64,000 bases of DNA from assembly GCF_018350175.1 (NCBI RefSeq), contig NC_058368.1, positions 70,496,001 through 70,560,000 on the forward strand, given 5' to 3'. This DNA is from Felis catus. Lineage: Eukaryota. Shown piece after piece: positions 1 to 12,034 of this stretch. The position numbers and the translations under genes are program-made. The notes beneath the pieces were generated by a model. The model saw nothing but the letters and a program-made list of their open reading frames with translations. It did not search any database and was not told the DNA's origin. The stretch's first letter is position 1, and every line of letters begins with the position of its first letter.

Positions 1-410
1 GTTAAGTGACTGTAAATCAGTAAAAGAATATTTTAAACTCATAGATGTAGTAAAATTGATTTTATGGGTAAAAAAAATCCAATGTATACTTAGTCACATT
101 TTCATTATGTTCTTGAAACAGAATCTGTTTTATAGTCTGCTTTTAGAGAATTTTAAATGAATTTCCTGTCCTGGTCCAGAAGAGAGAATTAATTTTGTAT
201 TTTTATCGTGAAATTTTGTCTGTAGTTTTGTGAAGTAATTAAATACAAAATTACAGAATTTAATTAGATTAGGAAATAATTTGTCTGAAGTTAAGCTTCT
301 GAAGAATGATGTTTTTAAAAATTTATATTATTTAGATACTTATGCCAAAGAGAAAGCAAAGTTTACAACTTTGTAGCCAGACTGCAATGTCTAACCTAAC
401 TCAGAGTTTG

Positions 411-468
411 TATGTGTGTATGTATATATGTATGTATGTGTGTGTGTGTATATATATATGTATATATG
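411..468. repeat. Compound (TATG)/(TG)/(TA) microsatellite
   Basis: Read directly from the sequence. Confidence 0.85.
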
Positions 469-1547
469 CTTTCATATTGTATTGATCTTCTTTAAAAACA
501 AAACAAAAAAATCGCTTATGAAGTAACTAGTATCTAAAAGTAGAGTTAGCACATATAGATAACCTTAGACTGTTGTGGAATTAAGTATCTGAGAGATGAG
601 ATACTGTGAAATAAAGATCAGATATTTAAAATTCTGTGGGTATTCTGCCTTATTTTATTTAGATGCATGTTTTTGAGGACTGTTTGGATATTGTATATAT
701 CTTAATTCAGATTTGCTTTGCTTGTTTACATTAAAAATACAGCTAGTGATCTAAATGGCCTTCATGCATATGTTGTTACTATTTACAGAGTAGCCTTTAC
801 GGGATTTACTTAATTATAGTCATAGTCATTAAATGAGCTCATTAAATTAGCTATTTTAATAATGTGTGATTCTGAATGATATCTGAATGGAGACAGGTAA
901 AGTTCTGTGTCAGAGTCAGATTGTTACACAGTTTTGTTGAGTTCCAGGGGTTGTAATTATGATCAGTGAGAGGTTTGAAGTGATTCTTCTGCTTTTGCAG
1001 ACAATAGTGTAGTCATCAGGGATGATTCCATGTTGATTCAGAAAAGCAGCAGTGTTACTAAATCATTAGTTTTCCCCAAACATTTCTTATCTAGGCCAGT
1101 CCTTTTTGGTTCTTTATACAGCCTCCTGAGTTACGGAAATATATTGGAAGACAGCATGAATGTTAATTTTGCCATCACCTGAATGAGAACATATTTCTCT
1201 TTTCAAATCAGGAGACATTACAGTATGGCTTTTTAGAGTCTTGAAAGCTTTCTCAAACAGACTTCTTGGAACGTAAATCTTTATTTCAACAAACTCTGTA
1301 TTTTGTAAATACATCTTTCATTTGATGGTAGTGAAGCATCAAAAGCTCAGGAGAGGAAACTTCTCTTTTTGTTGTCAGCCTGCTTTATAATTTGCAGTAT
1401 TTTTCACATAACATCTCGTCACCCTTTTCCTTTTCCACCAATGCCAAATTTATCTGCACTCTCTACAGTTCTTCATTTCTATTTAATTCTCTCTTTTTTA
1501 ACCTCACTATTATTAAAACTTCTCCTATAAATGTCACCAGTAACTCA

Positions 1548-1672
1548 TTTTTTTTTATTTTTTAATTTTACGTATGTATGTTTTTTTTTTTTTTTTTTAA
1601 TTTATATCCAAGTTAGCATACAGTGCAATAATGATTTCGGGAATAGATTGCAGTGATTTATCCCCTGTGTAA
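1548..1672 (-). mobile_element. Short carnivore L1 3'-end fragment
   Basis: Poly-T followed by aatttatatccaagttagcatacagtgcaataatgatttc, similar to the L1 tail at 29020-29100. Confidence 0.7.
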
Positions 1673-1679
1673 CTGACTA

Positions 1680-2560
1680 ATTTTTAAAGCCAGTGGCTTA
1701 TTTTCAGTTGTTTTATTTGACCTTTCAGTAGCTCATACATGGTTTTGACCTCCCATTATTTCATGAACTAACCTGCTCCCTCGAGCCCCAGCACACTGTT
1801 CTCTCCTGGTCCTTTTTGACTTTCTCTACTGCTTGTGGCTCACTCCGGGCTTTCTTGCCCATTTCCATGACTTCCTTCACAGTTAACATCTGTTGTTTGT
1901 GTCCCAGCTCTCTATTTCCAGTCCATGTTCCTCTCCTGATCTTGCTAGAGTTATATTTCCTGGTGCCTTCTACGACTCAGAGAAAATTTGTCCTGTTCTG
2001 GAGCTCTCATCTCTGGGCTTCCATCCCTGTTGACAGCATAGGGCCCGGGTCCTGTTAGTTCGAAGTCCTGTGTAAATCACTCATTCACCCCATCTTCTCT
2101 CCTCCTGCTGTCAGGTCAGTCTAAACTCAAATCTTTTCCTGCCTAGATTTTTGTAGCAATTCTCTAACTAGTCTTCCTATTCACTTCAAAGCATCCCATG
2201 CAATGTTGTCAGAAGTTAATCCTTCCAAAATGCAAGTTTGACCATGCCAGTCCTCCTTTTAAAATCCTTTAAATCCTCATTTCCTTCAAAATAAAAATCA
2301 GACTCCTCCAAGATGGCATCGCAGCAGCCTGGAATAGTGGGAATGCAGAGACTTTGCCATCAGATATGCCAGATTTGAGATTCCAGCTCTCTCACGTTAT
2401 TACGTGTGTGTAATCTTGAGTAAGTTACTTCTCTCAAGTTCCATTTCCTAAGCTCAGTTTATAGATGACCCTCGTGTAAATTGAGGGTCAGTACTGTATA
2501 CTTCCCAGGCAGTGGAAAGAATTAAGTAAGCTCTTTCATGCAAACATCCTAGCAGTAACA
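1680..2560 (+). mobile_element. L2 fragment followed by MIR
   Basis: L2-like pyrimidine-rich ORF2 relic (tctctaactagtcttcct...), then a MIR core (gtaatcttgagtaagttacttctct...ctcagttt). Confidence 0.55.
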
Positions 2561-3369
2561 ACCTCACACTGATTTTCTTCTTTCTCTTCAAATTCCTCAT
2601 AGTCTGGCCCCAGTCCTGTGTTTCAGGTCACTTCGTCAGTCACTCAGCTTTCTTAACACGCTGTGTATACGTACACTCATGCCTGGTTGGTTTTCTTTCT
2701 GCACCCTGCTGCCCTTTGGCATGAGTAATTGTCCTTTTATGTGTATTCCAATAACTTTATTAAGATCCCTAGCATTTATTACATTACATTGTCATTGTCA
2801 TTGTCATTATTACCTGGGCCTTCTATGCCATCCTTCTGGCTGTTTGAGGGAGGACTGGTTTTACTTGATGTACTCATGGCCTCACGTTCTGTAATGTGGA
2901 AGGGCTAGTCTTGATTACAGTGTAGCCCCACAAGACTATAAAGTAAGGTCTTTGAACCATAGGCCTGTACATTTCTTTTTCTAGTGCTCTGCATAGAAAT
3001 TATACATAGCATCTGATACATTCTCATGATTGTTGTTTGAAATTCAGAAAATGTGACCATTATGTTTTGAAAGTAAAGATAGGTCCATTAAAAGCTATGT
3101 ATGTCCGATGCTTCTAGTACTCCTTGCCCATCACACACCTGTCCTTGTATACCCATTATTTTTTAGTTGTTATATTTACATGTGGACATTATATTGTTTC
3201 TCAGAATCAAATGCCTCCAGAATATGTGAGTTTTTACACATCATGTTAAAATGTGTCTGATCACATCACTTAATAAAATTATTTTGTAATTGTGTTGTAG
3301 ATTATTTAGTTTTACTGTGGAAACCATAACATACATTTTCACTTTGTATCAACAAAGTTTTTCACTGTA

Positions 3370-3680
3370 TTTTTTTTTTTTTTAACTAGGTTCCACACCC
3401 AATGTGGGGCTAGAACTCATGACCCTGAGATCAAGAGTTGGATGCTCTACTCACTGAGACAGCCAGGCACCTCTTTTGTTGTATTTTGTGCTCCCAAATT
3501 AAGTTCTTCTCATTGAGAAAAACCATTGCAGAGAACTTGCCACTTAATAAATTACATAAGTGGCACTTGGCTGGCTCAGTCAGTGGAGCATGTGACTCTT
3601 GATTTGGGGGTTGTGGGTTTGAGTCCCATGTTGGGTGTACTTAAAAATAATATCTTTAAAAATAAATAAAATTTTAAAAA
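3370..3680. mobile_element. Two short tRNA-derived CAN-SINEs (- at 3370-3472, + at 3561-3680)
   Basis: tggctcagtcagtggagcatgtgactcttgat head with A/T tails. Confidence 0.8.
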
Positions 3681-4387
3681 TGATAAATACATAAGAACAG
3701 ATTAGACTGTATAGTTGAGAGTAGGCTATGACTATAAACCTATAAACCTATACATAAGTTACAGGAGTTATTTCCTTTTTTCCAGAAATAATTAGTTGTT
3801 TAAAGATACTTACTATCTTTAAGATATTTGTTAAGGTATCTTGCTCACTTGACTGTCCAAACCAAAAACTTCAAGTAGTTGTCTCTTTGTTGAGAAACTA
3901 CATCTCAGTTATCACCTTGATTCCTTTCTTATGTAGCTTTGAGAATGTTTATGTTCTGTGAGCTTGTTTGCTTTTTATTACTGAAAAATTGGTGGTTGAC
4001 ATAACAGGAACTTGGTTTGTAGGCCTGGTTCTTCAGCTGAGCAAGTCACATAACCTCCTTGGACTTTAGTTTCTTTATATATAAGACTAGAAGATCATCT
4101 AAAGGATCTTCTAGTATTAAAACTCTTTTTTATGATTAGACTCCTTTGTGCTTATCTTTTTTTAAAGAATATTAATTTACCCATGTTAATTATAGAAATC
4201 CATTTATAACTAATGCATTTATTTGATTCTTAGTCCCAATAGGAGGTGATCATCTTAAGAGTAATGAAGGTGATTTAGCAGGGAGGAAGTTATGGCTGGC
4301 TTATTTGTGTACTTCCATAATATTTAGAATAATATACACTTTACAGATGATGGTTCACTTCCTTTTTTTTTTAAATGGGGAAGTTAC

Positions 4388-4590
4388 GGGCACCTGGGTG
4401 GCTCAGTTGGTTAAGCGTCCAACTTCGGCTCAGGTCATGATCTCACAGTTCATGGGTTCGAGCCCCGTGTTGGGTTCTGTGCTGACAGCTCAGAGCCTGG
4501 AGCCTGCTTTGGATTCTGTGTCTCCCTCTTTCTCTGCCCCTCCCTTGCTCATGCTCTCTGTCTCAGAAATAAATAAACTATTTAAAAAAA
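4388..4590 (+). mobile_element. CAN-SINE (SINEC_Fc-like)
   Basis: gggcacctgggtggctcag head, CT-rich tract, A tail, TSD approximately aatggg(g)aagttac. Confidence 0.92.
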
Positions 4591-5179
4591 ATTTTTTAAT
4601 GGGAAGTTACTTGGTTGTTACTTTATTAGGGGAAATTAAATGGCAAGGCTAGGATGAGAATCCAAGGTCCCTGACTTGTGCTGTTATACTGTGATACACA
4701 GCCCAGGAAAAAAATCATTCTCCTGTAGTGTGATGTTTGATCACGTAAGAAGCTTAAACTATATTGGAGAATGATAGTTCACCATACAGCAGAAATTTCA
4801 TGTCATAGGAATGAACTTGGGTTATTGGGCAGAAATAGGGTCTCGGATTAGGTCTCCTGCATTAGTTGTAGGTAGAGTATGGTGCATGGTAGGCTCTCAG
4901 TGTTTACTGAATGACTATAGTCTGTTTCCAAAAGAAAAAAAATTCTGAGTAGGGGAGGGCTGCTGACACTTGCCTTTGCAGTCCCATTCAGGTGATTGTT
5001 CCTGCTGATTTTGGTCTGTGGCAAGTAACAGTGATGGGTTGAACATAGTTGTTTGTGTAGGAATCCTGGAAGTTTGGTGTTTAGAACACAAAATGTTGTA
5101 AAATTTAGATCACCAGTCCTGAATATAGATTAAACCAAATGAAGCTTTGGTTTTGGTTTAATAAAATTATAATCTAAAA

Positions 5180-5845
5180 ATTTTTTATTTTTAATGTTTG
5201 TTTACTTTTGAGAGAGAGAGGCAGCATGAGTGCAGGAGGGGCAGAGAGAGAGGGAGACACAGAATCCGAAGCAGGCTCTGAGCTGTCAGCACAGAACCTG
5301 ACGCGGGGCTCAAACTCACAAACCACAAGATCATGACCTGAGCTGAAGTCGGATGCTCAACCGACTGACCCACCCAAGTGCCCATAAAATTACAATTAAA
5401 AAAAAAAAATGTCTTTAAGTTTATTTATTTATTTTGAGAGAGAAAGAGAGCCAAGAGCATGTGGGAGGGGCAGAGAGAGATGGGGTGAGAGAGAATCCCA
5501 AGCAGGCTCTACACTGTCAGCACAGAGCCCCAAGTGGGGCTCAAACTCACAAACCGTGAGATCGTGACCTGAGCTGAAATCAAGAGCTGGCCACTTAACC
5601 GACTGAGCCACCCAGGTGCCCCTAATCAAATTATAATTTAATAATTTAAACCATTTTGGGGGCACCTGGGCGGCTCAGTCTGTTGATCATCTGATTTCAG
5701 GTCAGGTCATGATGTGGTTTGTGAGTTGGAGCCTCACATCAGGCTTGCCGCTGTCAGTGTGTAAGCACATTGCCTGCTTCGGATGCTCTGTTCCCCTCTC
5801 TTGCCCCTCCCTCACTTGCACTCTCCCCCCTCAAAAAGAAAATTT
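5180..5845. mobile_element. Cluster of three CAN-SINEs (- 5180-5383, - 5410-5622, + 5659-5845)
   Basis: Three SINE heads and bodies just downstream of the GPR18 3' end. Confidence 0.9.
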
Positions 5846-6067
5846 GAAGTATTTTGAAAAGAAGGTGGATTTTTTTTTCCTACTGACTTTGTAGAAATCA
5901 CGATTCCCTTGCATGTAGAATTAAATCCAAAAAGTTGTCAACTATGTATTTAGATAAGGCTTGAATATGAAGTACAAATTGGATATATTTCTCCCAGTAA
6001 CTCAAGAATATGTTTTATACAAGTTTTGAAAATAAAAATAATGAGTTCATGAGAATACTTCAGAATA

Positions 6068-6073
6068 TTTAAT
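6068..6073 (-). terminator. Candidate GPR18 polyadenylation signal ATTAAA
   Basis: TTTAAT on the + strand, about 160 nt past the GPR18 stop codon. Confidence 0.5.
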
Positions 6074-6229
6074 TATGTTGCCACAGTAGTAAGATCTCGC
6101 AAAAGTGTTACGTGTGGTTTTTTTTTCAGGAGGGAAGGGACTTGGTAGTATCATACAGAATATCCACTGGCCTTAGAGTAGTTAGTAAAGTGAATATAAA
6201 GAAATTAAAGACCCAAACCTTCTTTTCAT

Positions 6230-7225
6230 TCATAACATTTCACTGTTGACATTGCTTAGTGACCGTAAACTACCTGATCGGAAGCTTTTTCTGCGCACAC
6301 TCCGAAGGTAATTGCGGTAGAGCATGACACTAATAACTCGAGCCTGAAATTGTTTTGAAACAATGTAGTAGAGAATCACATCCAGACAGGTGCTGAGGTT
6401 CATGAGGAAGGTGGTAAAGGCCCCCCAGGGATTGTAACTGTTCTCCTCCCCTTCCAGCATCAGGAAAGCAAAACAGATGTGGAAAGGCATAAAGCACACG
6501 AGCACCTGCACCACGAGTGTGATGATGATCCTTATAGACTTCTCCTTGACTTTTGGTTTCAGCTTAGATGTTTTCCCATGAAGGAGACTGTGAATAATGA
6601 TCAAATAGCACCCAATCATGATGAACAGAGGAATCAAGAAAAAAAATATGAGCCGAGTGAAGTTCAACATGTTAATAGCTTTTAAGTGGATGATGTCAGA
6701 AATCTTCAGGCAGGTGGCGGGGGTGGAGGCTTTATCTGGGTCTTCATAGAGCAGTAGGAGTGGGATAGTGGTCGTCAGGGTCATTATCCAGATTCCCACA
6801 CATGTTAGCACGGCTTTGCCTGTGTTTTTAAGTTCTTTGGCATATTTTGGCTGTACAATGGCCATGTATCTGTCAGCACTAATAAAAGCAAAAAGCCATA
6901 GAGCAATACTTGGATAAAACACCGTCAGAGCCCCAAGAATCTGGCAGAAGTACTCTCCAAATGGCCACTCACCTCTTGCATAATAAAACATCCGAAAGGG
7001 TAAGCTCATTATAAATATTAAGTCCAGTAATGCCACATTCATCATATAGATGGTTACAGTGGTTCTCTTCTTGGTGGTACAACTAAAAACCCATAAGGCA
7101 GTGGCATTAACAAATAATCCGATTATGAAGATACAGCTGTAGAAGACAAGGGCTGCGATCTTGTATTCTTCTGGGTGTGAGGTGTTAGAAGGGCCAAGTT
7201 GAGCTTGATCATGAGGAGTGGTCAT
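6230..7225 (-). CDS. GPR18: G protein-coupled receptor 18, 331 aa, CDS within one exon
   Basis: 7TM protein with ADRY, CFMP and CLDVILY motifs and C-terminus RKSFRSGSLRSLSNVNSEML, matching mammalian GPR18. The ATG is at 7225 (MTTPHDQ...). The ORF-track start at 7264 is a non-ATG codon inside the splice-acceptor region. Confidence 0.98.
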   Translation of the reverse strand: MTTPHDQAQLGPSNTSHPEEYKIAALVFYSCIFIIGLFVNATALWVFSCTTKKRTTVTIYMMNVALLDLIFIMSLPFRMFYYARGEWPFGEYFCQILGALTVFYPSIALWLFAFISADRYMAIVQPKYAKELKNTGKAVLTCVGIWIMTLTTTIPLLLLYEDPDKASTPATCLKISDIIHLKAINMLNFTRLIFFFLIPLFIMIGCYLIIIHSLLHGKTSKLKPKVKEKSIRIIITLVVQVLVCFMPFHICFAFLMLEGEENSYNPWGAFTTFLMNLSTCLDVILYYIVSKQFQARVISVMLYRNYLRSVRRKSFRSGSLRSLSNVNSEML

Positions 7226-7251
7226 CTTATAGCTTGTTGGGGGAATGGCAC

Positions 7252-7290
7252 CTAGAAACTGCAAAATAGTTAAGAAGAATAGGAGGAATA
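7252..7290 (-). other. 3' splice acceptor of the GPR18 coding exon (two candidate AGs, 7 nt apart)
   Basis: Minus strand reads ttcttcttaactattttgcAG/tttctAG/gtgcc...aagATG, so the exon starts at 7258 or 7251. Confidence 0.65.
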
Positions 7291-9784
7291 AAACCCTTTG
7301 TTGAAAAGTAAATGCTTAAAACTCTCATACTTGACTTGGCATGTCAATGGATTTTAATTGTGAGAGTATTTTATGCTGTAGAGACAATATATGTGTCTTC
7401 GTATTTATTAAGAAATTCACGTCTTAGGTATTATTACTAATATGCACCAACCTATTAAAATGGTCTGGTGTGTTATAATGCACTGGCAAATTTATTTTTT
7501 TCTCTCTCTGCTCACCTCGTGTCTTCCCTAAAGAATAATCTTTTTAAAAATGATTTTTTCCTGTAGTGTGAAATTGGGTAGCAAGTATTCTTATAATAAA
7601 CATTCTTTGATTGGGACTAACTGGGAGAAGGCCATTCTGAATTTTGAAAATAATTTGCTACTTTTTACCATTGTTTAAATATTTTGTGACCCAGGTTAAT
7701 AATGTCCAAATAATGAATTTTTACTCATTAAATATAGTCTTAATATATAAGATGTGCATTAGAAAACCAATATAAAGGAACCATGTAAGTATCTAATTCA
7801 CAAGAACTCTCATATGAGAGCAGGGACTTTTCATTGCTGTATTCCCACTGCTTATGGAGCCCACAGGAAGTGCTCGATAAGAAAATGTTTGCTGAATTGA
7901 TGGAGTGAAGGAAGGACCCACAACAGCTACTTTCCAGTATGTCAGTGAAGACTTGCTTGGTTGGTCATTAAACCTATTTTTTTTTTTAAGTGGAAACATT
8001 TCTTCATAGTATTATGCTGTCTCAGTTATTGTAGGTCTAGAAACAGCAGTGTGTTGTGCCACGGTCTACAGATCAGGAACCTGACTCTTAGAACAATAGA
8101 TGAGCTCGTTTTTAATGCACAGCTGGGAGTCCCTAATGCTATCCTCTAGATGGTGTTTATTACCAGCATCCTAGAACTGGATGTTGTTGATGTTCACGGA
8201 AGCTAGTGTAGTAGCTTTCATGCCCTCACTCTATCTAGATACAGAAACTTAAGTATATTTGTCAAATTAAATGTAAAAAGGAATATCAAAGGCAAATAGT
8301 TAATTAGAAGTCACTCAATAACTTTATGTGTATGCAAAAAGAGGGTCCATTTCTAATGGAAAGGAGTTTAGTGGTGATTGTAAATATCATTGATGGGATG
8401 CCCCTCAGAGTGAGACTTCGATCATCCTCAGTGCAACGTCAATAGCAGTGATTTAAAAATAAGCTCCCTTGCAAAGAAATGGAATCTTGTGGTCTCCCCT
8501 TGAAACATGGAGGTGTAAGAAAAGTTTCCTTCAGAAATGTCACTTTGCAGAGTGGGCTGTGTCTGATTCAGCCCCGAGTCTCTCTTCAGTGAGAGCTGTG
8601 GGGGTGGTGAGCAGTCCAGTTAGTGGCATCATGGGCTGTTGATAATTTAAAATGAATTTGAGCAATTGCTGTGGACACACACAAAGTATGAGTTTGTTTT
8701 TCCGTTCCCGCCCTCCCTCCCTTTTTTCCTTCCTTCTTTCCTTCCTTCCTGACTACAGCTAGTTTGCCAAGTATCTAAGTTAGATATGATTTTGGAATGG
8801 AATTCTGTGTATTAATAGCCTATACTAAAATTTCCAAATATTGGTGTGACTAGAATATTAATTTCTGTCAAATGAGAAAAGCACTACAGAGAGAAATTAA
8901 AACTCCAGTATCATACAAAGAAGAATAACTTTGGAGTCTTGACTCTTATTTTTACTTTTCATTGTATTTTTAAAAATGGTAGCAATTGTAATGTAAATGA
9001 AAATTTGTATCTTTTTTTTTCTCTTTTGATATTGTTTCAGGACTCACTTCCCTTGTCCTCATCCCTGAATTTTGTCACATAAATTTCATAGTTACAAAGC
9101 CTTTTTGAGTAAATCTTTTAGCCCTCGTTGGGCTCAAGCTGCTCTTATGTCACCAACACTTGTATCCATTTGCTTAAGGTTGAAAAAACTGTGTGATGCG
9201 TGTTTTAAAGGCATTACCAGATAGGTCATGCTCTGTACACACAGATACATTTTTGGATAAATATTAAAAAGTGATTGGCTTTCAAGTCAGCATTTCAAAA
9301 ACTTTAGATTCAGTGATTATCTCTAGTCTTTCTTTTTTAAAAAGCATTTGAGTACATTTTATGAAACAGTGTGACAACAGTGTGGAACCAGGTGACAAAG
9401 GCTTGTAAATATACTTAATGATTTATCATCTTAGCATGTTCCTTAAGTTGAAAAAAAATTACATTTACTGTTAATGTAAAGCAATGTTGAATATAAATAA
9501 GTCATTAATAATGCAGGAAGATGACAGCACAACCCATTTCAAGGTCCTTTGCCAACATAGTTTCCATAATGTATTATTAAAATGAGACAAATGATTTTGA
9601 AATTTAGTAAGTACAGCTTACTTTTTTTTTTCTGTCGCCACCATACAAATCTATTACAATATTATTGACCATGTTTCCCATGCTGTACTTTTCATCCCCA
9701 TGGCTTATTTTATACCTCTGAAGTATACCTCTGAAGTATAGCATTACTTGGTGATAATCTGTGATGAAATTAAATGCTACTTAC

Positions 9785-10024
9785 CTTCTGCCCATCAAAA
9801 GGCTGTGTTGGAGAGGAACATTTTTCATTATATCCAATAATGTAAAAGAGAAATCTTGTGTTAAAATAGCTCTTTCTGGAAATGATGTGTCTAAGAAATG
9901 CAGTATTTCTTTTGTCTTAGGCCCTCCTGTTGCTTCACAAAGTTGTTTCAAATATAATGCCTGGTAAAGGAGTTGGTACTTGTTCGGCTGTAGTTGCTGC
10001 TTTGTCTCTTTCAGGAAGTACTGT
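9785..10024 (-). other. Candidate GPR18 5'UTR exon
   Basis: Perfect donor AAG/GTAAGT at 9785/9784 and a possible acceptor ccttatttcAG at 10025, in unique sequence. ETS (CAGGAAGT 10012-10019) and RUNX (TGTGGTT 10064-10070) motifs are adjacent. Confidence 0.55.
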
Positions 10025-10233
10025 CTGAAATAAGGCTTTTTCAACTTATGACTTTACCCTGGATGTGGTTTCTCTCTTTCACAAGTGATTTGTTTATGAA
10101 GTCATGCTTAGCATAAGCTCCCTTTGAAATGATGGCATATATTTAAGAGAATCAAACAAAAAGAGGAAAATATATTTGGTTCATTTACTTTGATGTTTAA
10201 AGTCTGCATCATCTATTGAAAGAGAATGAGATT

Positions 10234-10420
10234 TTAAAAATATTTTTAGAGAGGCAGGGGGGAGGCAGAGAGAGAGGAGAGAAATCCCAAGCAGGCTCCA
10301 CACTGTTAACTGTTAGCACAGAGTCCAATGCGGGACTCCATCTTAACAAACTGGGAGATCATGACCTGAGCTGAAATCAAGAGTCCAGACGCTTACCTGA
10401 CCAAGCCACCCAGGTGCCCC
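10234..10420 (-). mobile_element. CAN-SINE
   Basis: SINE body with TSD agaatgagattt. Confidence 0.9.
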
Positions 10421-10959
10421 AAGAATGAGATTTGATGTTGACTAAGATGGGATTCATAGTGTAGCTTCTTCACTTTTTAAGCTGTGTGACTTTGTCTAGT
10501 TACCTAATCCCTCTGAGTCTTTGCTCCTCCTTCGTTTCTGTACAGTTAGGATAGAGATAATACTCATCTGGTAGGATTGTGATGACTCTAAACCAGAAAA
10601 ATCCCAAGTGTTTAACATAGTACCTGGCACTTAGTACTAATTTAGATATTCCTAAACAGAGTTAACCCTTTTCTACAAAGTTCTTGAAATCCTAAAATAT
10701 CCACTTTTGCTGTTAAAATATTTCTAAGTGGTTAAAATTGGAATCTCATTTATTTGCTTCTGCTTTGCATATACATTTATCCACATAGGTTTGCTTTGTT
10801 TTTTGGTCCACAGTGCATCATATCCCTTTTCTGTCACATGGAAGTCTAGAAATAATTCCTTTTGTATAAAGATTACTAAGAAATTTTAAAATTACTAAGA
10901 AAGGACTGGAATTCTTTAGTGGATTAATTTACATATTGGGAGTATTTTAACCTAGGAAG

Positions 10960-10969
10960 GGAAGTGAAA
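10960..10969 (+). promoter_or_regulatory. ETS-IRF composite element (EICE) GGAAGTGAAA
   Basis: Exact match to GGAAnnGAAA, with a second GGGAAGTG about 20 nt downstream. Confidence 0.45.
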
Positions 10970-11604
10970 CCAATGGAGAGGGAAGTGAGCAACCCCAATC
11001 GTCGCCTACCTCATTACATTAAATTTTTTACTTTCTTTTTTCTTAAAAAAAAGTCATCATCTCATTTGCTTGTCTTAAAATTTTACTTTATTTTTGGTTA
11101 TGCATGATTTGTCAGGTTTTGAAACATACATGAACTTAATTTTTTATTTTTATTTTTATTTTTTTAATTTAAGACAGTTTGAGGGCCCGTGTGCTTTTTG
11201 TCCTTAGACTTGAGGGTGGATCAGCTCCTTTCCCTCTTCCTCTCGTTTCAGTCATAGGAGACCTGTTGTGTTTCCTCTTCTTGCCTTTCCCGTGCTGTCC
11301 CGCCAGCCCGAGACGCCCTTACCACTGCACTCCCATCTCTTGGCTTGGCCAGCTGTCGTTCAACCTTCAGGTCTTAGTTTCAGTGCTGCCTTTTCCAGGA
11401 GATTTTCTCTGACCTCTGAAGCTGGGTCGGTTCTTCACCCCAGTAAGCTTCTTTAGTGCTTGGTACTTCCCCCTGTAGTGGCTTATGTTTGTATTCTTGC
11501 TGAGTATTTCCTTGCCTTTTAACCTCCACTACGTTGAGCTTTCTGGGGGTTGGCATATGTTGCAAATGTGCACGTGTAGCAAGCATTTAATAAATATTGG
11601 TTGA

Positions 11605-12034
11605 GGGTCACCTAGGTGGCTGTCAGTTGAGCATCTGACTTTTTTTTTTTTTATTTTTTTTATTTTTGAGACAGAGACAGAGACAGAACTTAAGTGGGCG
11701 AGGGGCAGAGAGATGGAGACAGAATCAGAAGCAGGCTTTAGGCTCTGAGCTGTCAGCACAGAGCCCGATGCCGGGCTCAAACACACAGACCGCGAGATCG
11801 TGACCTGAGCCAAAGTCAGATGCTTAACCCACTGAGCCACCCAGGTGCCCCGAGTGTCTGACTCTTGATTTTGGCTTGGGTCATGATCCCAGGGTTGTAG
11901 GATCAAGCCCTGCATTGGGCTCTGCACTACACGTGGAGCCTGCTTGGGATTCTCTCTATCCCTCTCTTTCTATCCCTCCCTCCTCGCACTGTGTTTAAAA
12001 AATAAAATTAAATTAAAAAGTTTAAAAAAATAAA
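11605..12034 (+). mobile_element. Older CAN-SINE interrupted by a second SINE
   Basis: TSD aataaatattggttga at 11589-11604 and 12035-12050. Confidence 0.9.
11641..11851 (-). mobile_element. CAN-SINE nested in the head of another SINE
   Basis: TSD gagcatctgact / gagtgtctgact. Confidence 0.92.

Noticed and set aside
4305..5894. Recurrent ORFs containing WVAQ...TSAQVMIS, which look like a gene family
   Set aside because: They are CAN-SINE translations, repeated throughout the window.
7226..7264. 13-aa N-terminal extension of GPR18 in the ORF track
   Set aside because: It begins at a non-ATG codon within the splice-acceptor tract. The ATG at 7225 gives the expected 331 aa.
8143..8156. CTCF-like CCTCTAGATGGTGT in the GPR18 intron
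   Set aside because: Several core mismatches and no upstream module; too weak without binding data.
9711..9740. 13-bp tandem duplication tatacctctgaag
   Set aside because: Ordinary slippage at the edge of an L1 fragment.
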